Source of the DNA: an uncultured Acidimicrobiales bacterium
GTDB taxonomy: Bacteria > Actinomycetota > Acidimicrobiia > Acidimicrobiales > SZUA-35
DNA: 64,000 nt
Direction: 5' to 3'
NCBI GenBank assembly: GCA_963715325.1
Contig: CAVQRR010000013.1
Span: 192,060 to 256,059 of the forward strand
Numbering within the stretch: the first letter of the stretch is position 1; each line of letters begins with the position of its first letter. Shown here in pieces: positions 59,964-64,000 of this stretch. Both the position numbers and the translations under genes were made by a program. A model generated the notes under the pieces. It did not search any database. It was not told the origin of the DNA and was given only the letters and a program-made list of their open reading frames with translations.

Positions 59964-60103
59964 ACATTCGTGGCCAGGTGGTTTCTAGGGCAAGCTGCCA
60001 AAGGGACAACGAGCCAGGTGGAGATTCCTCTCCATCAGCGAAGCCGACGATTGGATCGTCTCCCCATTCCGATCGTCGGCTCGCTCGAATGGCCCTGCAC
60101 CGG

Positions 60104-63100
60104 TCAGGCTGGCTTGATGACCAGCACCAGGTCGCCCGGCTCCACCGAGCCGACGGTGGGGCCGCCGAGTCGCTCGACCACCCCGGCGATCGGTGCCGAG
60201 ATGACCGACTCCATCTTCATGGCTTCGATGACCGCCACCGGCTGATTTGCCGCCACCGTGTCGCCGACCTCGACCTGCACGGTCACCACCCCGGTGAACG
60301 GCGCGGGCACATGACCGGGATTCGACGGATCGGCCCGCTCGGCACCGGCGACATCGACGTCGACGGATCGGTCGACGATGTCGAGTGGCCGCAACTGGCC
60401 GTTGAGCCGGAACACCATCCGCCGCAGGCCCTTGTCGTCCGGCTCGCCGATGGCGTCGAGCCCGATCAGCAGCTGGACGCCGCGCTCGAGCTCGACGGTC
60501 ACCTCGGGATCGCCGGGCTCCACGCCGTAGAGGAACAGCCGGGTCGGTAGGACCGAGAGATCGCCGTAGCCATCCCGGGACCGGGCGAACTCGGCGGCCG
60601 GTCCGGGCAGCAGGAGCCGCGACAGCGTGGCTCGGACGGTCTCACGGTCGTCTGCGGTGAGGCCGACCTCGTCGGTAGCGGTGAGATCGACCGGGCCCCG
60701 TGGCGGTCGGCGGCCGGCCAGGGCTGCGGTTCGGAACGGCTCGGGGAACCCTCCCGCCGGTTCGCCGAGCTCGCCGTGAAGGAAGCCGATGACGCTGTCC
60801 GGGAGATCGGCGGCGGCCGGATCCCGTTCCAACTCCTCCACCGTGGTGCCGGTGGCCGCCAGTTGGAGTGCCAGATCGCCGACGACTTTGGAGGTCGGCG
60901 TGACCTTCACGATCCGGCCAAGCAGTCGATCGCTGGCCGCATAGTGCCGCTCGATCTCCTCGAACTTCTCCCCCAGACCCGAAGGCGATGGCCTGCTGGC
61001 GGAGATTGGACAGCTGACCGCCGGGAATCTCGTGGCGGTAGACGCTGCCGGTGGGGCTCGTCAATCCGGCCTCGAACGGCCGGTACAGCCGACGAACCGC
61101 CTCCCAGTACGGCTCCAAGGCGGTGATGGCGTCCAGGTCCAACCCGGTGTCGCGCTCGGAGTGGGCGAAGGCGGCAACGATGGCCGGGACCGACGGTTGC
61201 GACGTCATTCCCGAAAGCGGGGCCGCGGCGCCGTCCACCGCATCGACCCCGGCCCCGGCCGCCGCAAGATAGGTCGCCAGCTGGCCTCCGGCGGTGTCGT
61301 GGGTGTGGAGGTGGACCGGCACGTCGAACCGTTCCCGAAGGGCCGAAACCAGGGTCACGGCGGCCGGCGCCCGCAGCAGGCCGGCCATGTCCTTGACACA
61401 CAGCACGTGGGAGCCGGCCGTCGACCAGCTGTTCGGCGACGGTCAGATAGTAGTCGAGGGTGTAGAGGTTCTCCGCCGGGTTGACGAGGTCGCCCGAGTA
61501 GCAGATCGTGCCCTCCACCAGCGACCCGACCTCGATGGCGGCGTCGATGGCCGGCCTCATCTGGGCCACGCTGTTCAGGGCATCGAAGACACGGAAGATG
61601 TCGACCCCGGTCCGCCGGGCCTCGGCGACGAAACGGCGGGCGACCTCGTCGGGGTATGCGGTGTACCCGACGGTGTTGCGACCCCGCAGCAGCATCTGCA
61701 GGCAGAGGTTGGGCACGGCGTCGCGCAGCCGTTCCAGCCGCTCCCACGGGTCCTCGTTGAGGAACCGGAGCGCAACGTCGTAGGTCGCCCCGCCCCAGCA
61801 CTCCAGGCTCAGCAGTCCGGGGCCACGGGCTGCGATGTGGCGGGCGCCGGCAACCAGGTCGATGGTGCGGATCCTGGTGGCCAGGATCGACTGGTGGGCG
61901 TCTCGCAGGGTCGTGTCGGTCACCAACAACGAGGACTGCTCCCGCATCCAGCGGGCGAAGCCGGTGGGGCCCAGTTGCTCGAGGAGTTGCCGGCTGCCGG
62001 GCCGGGGCTCGTGGCCGAGCATGGCCGGGAGCTTGAGGACCGGGTCGGTGGTGGCCGGTGCGTGGCCGTTCGGCCGGTTGACCGTGACCTCACCGATCCA
62101 TCGCAACAGCTTGGTCGCCCGGTCGGGGCTGGCCACCCCTTCGAGGAGTTCCGGGCGCTCGTCGATGAATGAGGTGGTCACCCCACCGGCGACGAAGTCC
62201 GGATGATCCAGCAGGGCCTGGAGGAACCCGATATTGGTCGCAAGGCCGCGGACCCGAAACTCGGCCAGAGCCCGCTTGGCCCGGGCCAGTGCCACGTCGA
62301 ACGTCGCCCCCCGGCAGGTCAACTTGGTCAGCATCGAATCGAAGTATGGCGTGACCTCGGCTCCCTGGTAACCGCCGCCACCGTCGAGCCGGATCCCGGC
62401 CCCGCCGGGGTCCCGGTAGGCGAGGATGCGGCCGGTGTCCGGCCGGAAGCCGTTGGCTGGATCCTCGGTGGTGATGCGGCACTGGAGGGCTGCACCCCGT
62501 TGGCCGATGGCCTGCTGATGGAGGCCGAGATCGCCGAGGCTGTGGCCGGAGGCGATCTGCAGTTGGGATCGCACGATATCGATGTCGGTTGTCTCCTCGG
62601 TGACCGTGTGCTCGACCTGGATCCGAGGGTTCATCTCGATGAACACGAACGAACCGTCGCCGTCGACCAGGAACTCGACCGTTCCGGCGTTGACGTATCC
62701 GATGTGGCGCCCGAAAGTCACCGCAGCGTCGCAGATCGCATCACGGAGGTCGGGATCGAGGGCCGGCGCAGGTGCGATCTCCACCACCTTCTGATGTCGC
62801 CGCTGGACCGAGCAATCGCGTTCGTAGAGATGAACGACATCGTGGCCGTCGCCGAGGAGCTGGACCTCGATGTGTCGGGGATCGATCACCGCCGACTCGA
62901 GGAACACCGTCGGATCACCGAACGCCGACGCCGCCTCCCTGCGGGCCGCATCGACTGCGGCCGGCAGCTGGTCGGGGTCGGTGATACGACGCAGCCCCCG
63001 CCCACCACCGCCCGACGCCGCCTTGACGAAGAGGGGAAACCCGATCCGCCGGGCCGCAGCCCCGGCGTCGCCGGCGTGGACCTCGTCGGACTGGGCCAGC

Positions 63101-63501
63101 ACCGGCACCCCTGCGGCCAGGCCGGCGTTCCTGGCCGACATCTTGTTGCCGCACAGGCGCAGAACATCCGACGGTGGACCGACGAAGGTGATCCCGTTCG
63201 CCTCACAGGCCGCCGCCAACTCCGGACTCTCGGACATGAAGCCGTAACCGGGATGGAGCCCGTCGGCGCCGGCGTCGAGCGCGGCCTGTATCACGACGTC
63301 GACGTCGAGGTATGGCTTGAGCGGGTGACCGGGCTCGCCGAGCTGGTACGCCTCGTCCGCCTTCATCCGGTGCAGCGACCGGCGGTCCTCCCAGGTGTAG
63401 ACCGCAACGGTCTCGATACCGAGCTCGTAGGCGGCCCGGAACACCCGGATGGCGATCTCACCCCGGTTGGCCACCAGGAGCTTGGTGATGGCGCCGGTCA
63501 C
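60104..63501 (-). pseudogene. pyc: Pyruvate carboxylase, interrupted by two apparent 1-nt insertions (about 61416-61421 and 60970-60974)
   Basis: ORF 60907..63501 holds biotin carboxylase (LLVANRGEIAIRV..) and the start of the carboxyltransferase. ORF 60642..61406 continues with CVKDMAGLL..HLHTHDTAGG. ORF 60104..60910 holds VKVTPTSKVVGD.. and the biotinyl domain IEAMKME. Deleting one G in GACGGCC and one C of the C5 run restores ..AEQLVDAGSHVLCVKDMAG.. and ..AIAFGSGEKFEEIERHY.. Confidence 0.85.
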
Positions 63502-63628
63502 GACGGGATGCCGGTCGGCCGATCAGCCCGGTCGTCTCCGACCGCCCCCTGCAGAGCAGAACACTCGGTCATGGACCAAGGCTAGTGCGGGTCCGCCGGG
63601 CGGACCGTGGCGGGGTCGCGCCGGCCGG

Positions 63629-64000
63629 TCAGCCACCGCCGGCGGCCGCTGCGGCCGAACGGTCGAGGCCCGGCGTGAGATGGTCGGCCTCGGCGGCCGG
63701 TACTGCGGCGTCGAAGAAGGCGTACAACCTGGCCAGGGTCTGCAACAGACCGAGCCACACGACCAGCTCGACGATCTCGTCGGCCTTCAGGTACGGGCCG
63801 ATCGTCGCCACCGTGATCTCGCTCACCTCGGACGGGCTCGGGGCTGCGGCCTTCGCCAGCAGCAGCGCCGCAGCCTGCTTGGTGGTGAGACCGGCGGGAA
63901 ACTCCGAGACCGCGGTCGGGGCGGCGGCGAAACGTCGAATGGCGACGACCAGACGGGGATCGGCGCCCGGTACCAACCGGTCGATCAGATAGATCAACTC
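63629..64000 (-). CDS. Hypothetical protein, possibly AhpD/carboxymuconolactone decarboxylase-like (N-terminus may lie beyond the window)
   Basis: ORF 63629..63997 runs to the window edge. It is a helical Ala-rich protein and the family assignment is by weak resemblance only. Confidence 0.3.
   Translation of the reverse strand, partial: ELIYLIDRLVPGADPRLVVAIRRFAAAPTAVSEFPAGLTTKQAAALLLAKAAAPSPSEVSEITVATIGPYLKADEIVELVVWLGLLQTLARLYAFFDAAVPAAEADHLTPGLDRSAAAAAGGG

Noticed and set aside
60017-60081. Actinobacterial 6C sRNA (two hairpins with C-rich loops).
   Set aside because: Only the second loop is C-rich (CUCCCC). The first loop is UUCC. I cannot match the 6C consensus without a covariance-model search, so it is kept only as an unassigned structured spacer.

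Overview
High-GC chromosomal core region that looks actinobacterial. The evidence is the fused E1/E2-type Kgd, NucS, a UvrD2-like helicase with an HRDC tail, a SepIVA/Rv2927c-like protein, and the order rnc-acpP-plsX-rpmF-yceD-sepIVA-like-coaD-rsmD, with recG and pyc nearby, as around M. tuberculosis Rv2925c-Rv2973c. That synteny is recalled from memory, not searched. I support about 55 protein genes. They cover housekeeping functions (rnc, acpP, plsX, rpmF, coaD, rsmD, recG, pckA, uvrD2-like, xthA, kgd, ettA, cysQ, nucS, pyc), CoA-ester and fatty-acid metabolism (alpha-methylacyl-CoA racemase, two crotonases, a MaoC/SDR pair, malyl-CoA lyase, a CitE-like protein, malic enzyme), and envelope functions (GT4 glycosyltransferase, a 1265-aa multidomain protein, a VanW-family protein, a TlpA/CcdA-like redox pair, an M50 protease, a DUF4214-M23 protein). 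I saw no rRNA, tRNA, CRISPR array, transposase, integrase or recognisable defence genes. Three things are not explained by ordinary annotation. (1) Near-perfect tandem repeats with 15-31 bp units are unusually dense: six arrays, three of them inside or touching coding sequence. (2) An ~80-nt non-coding element occurs twice in opposite orientation and shares a GAGTCGAGGC seed with one of the arrays. (3) Seven single-base insertions break otherwise conserved genes, mostly in homopolymer runs, so they are probably assembly errors. I did not find a convincing novel multi-gene system. The best leads are a Zc3h12a-like NYN RNase fused to an S1 domain and a lysine-rich tail, the translationally coupled GT4 plus giant methyltransferase/coiled-coil/HAD-like gene pair, and the 9-unit repeat array directly upstream of a diiron-oxygenase gene. 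All homology statements are by-eye motif recognition and were not checked against any database.
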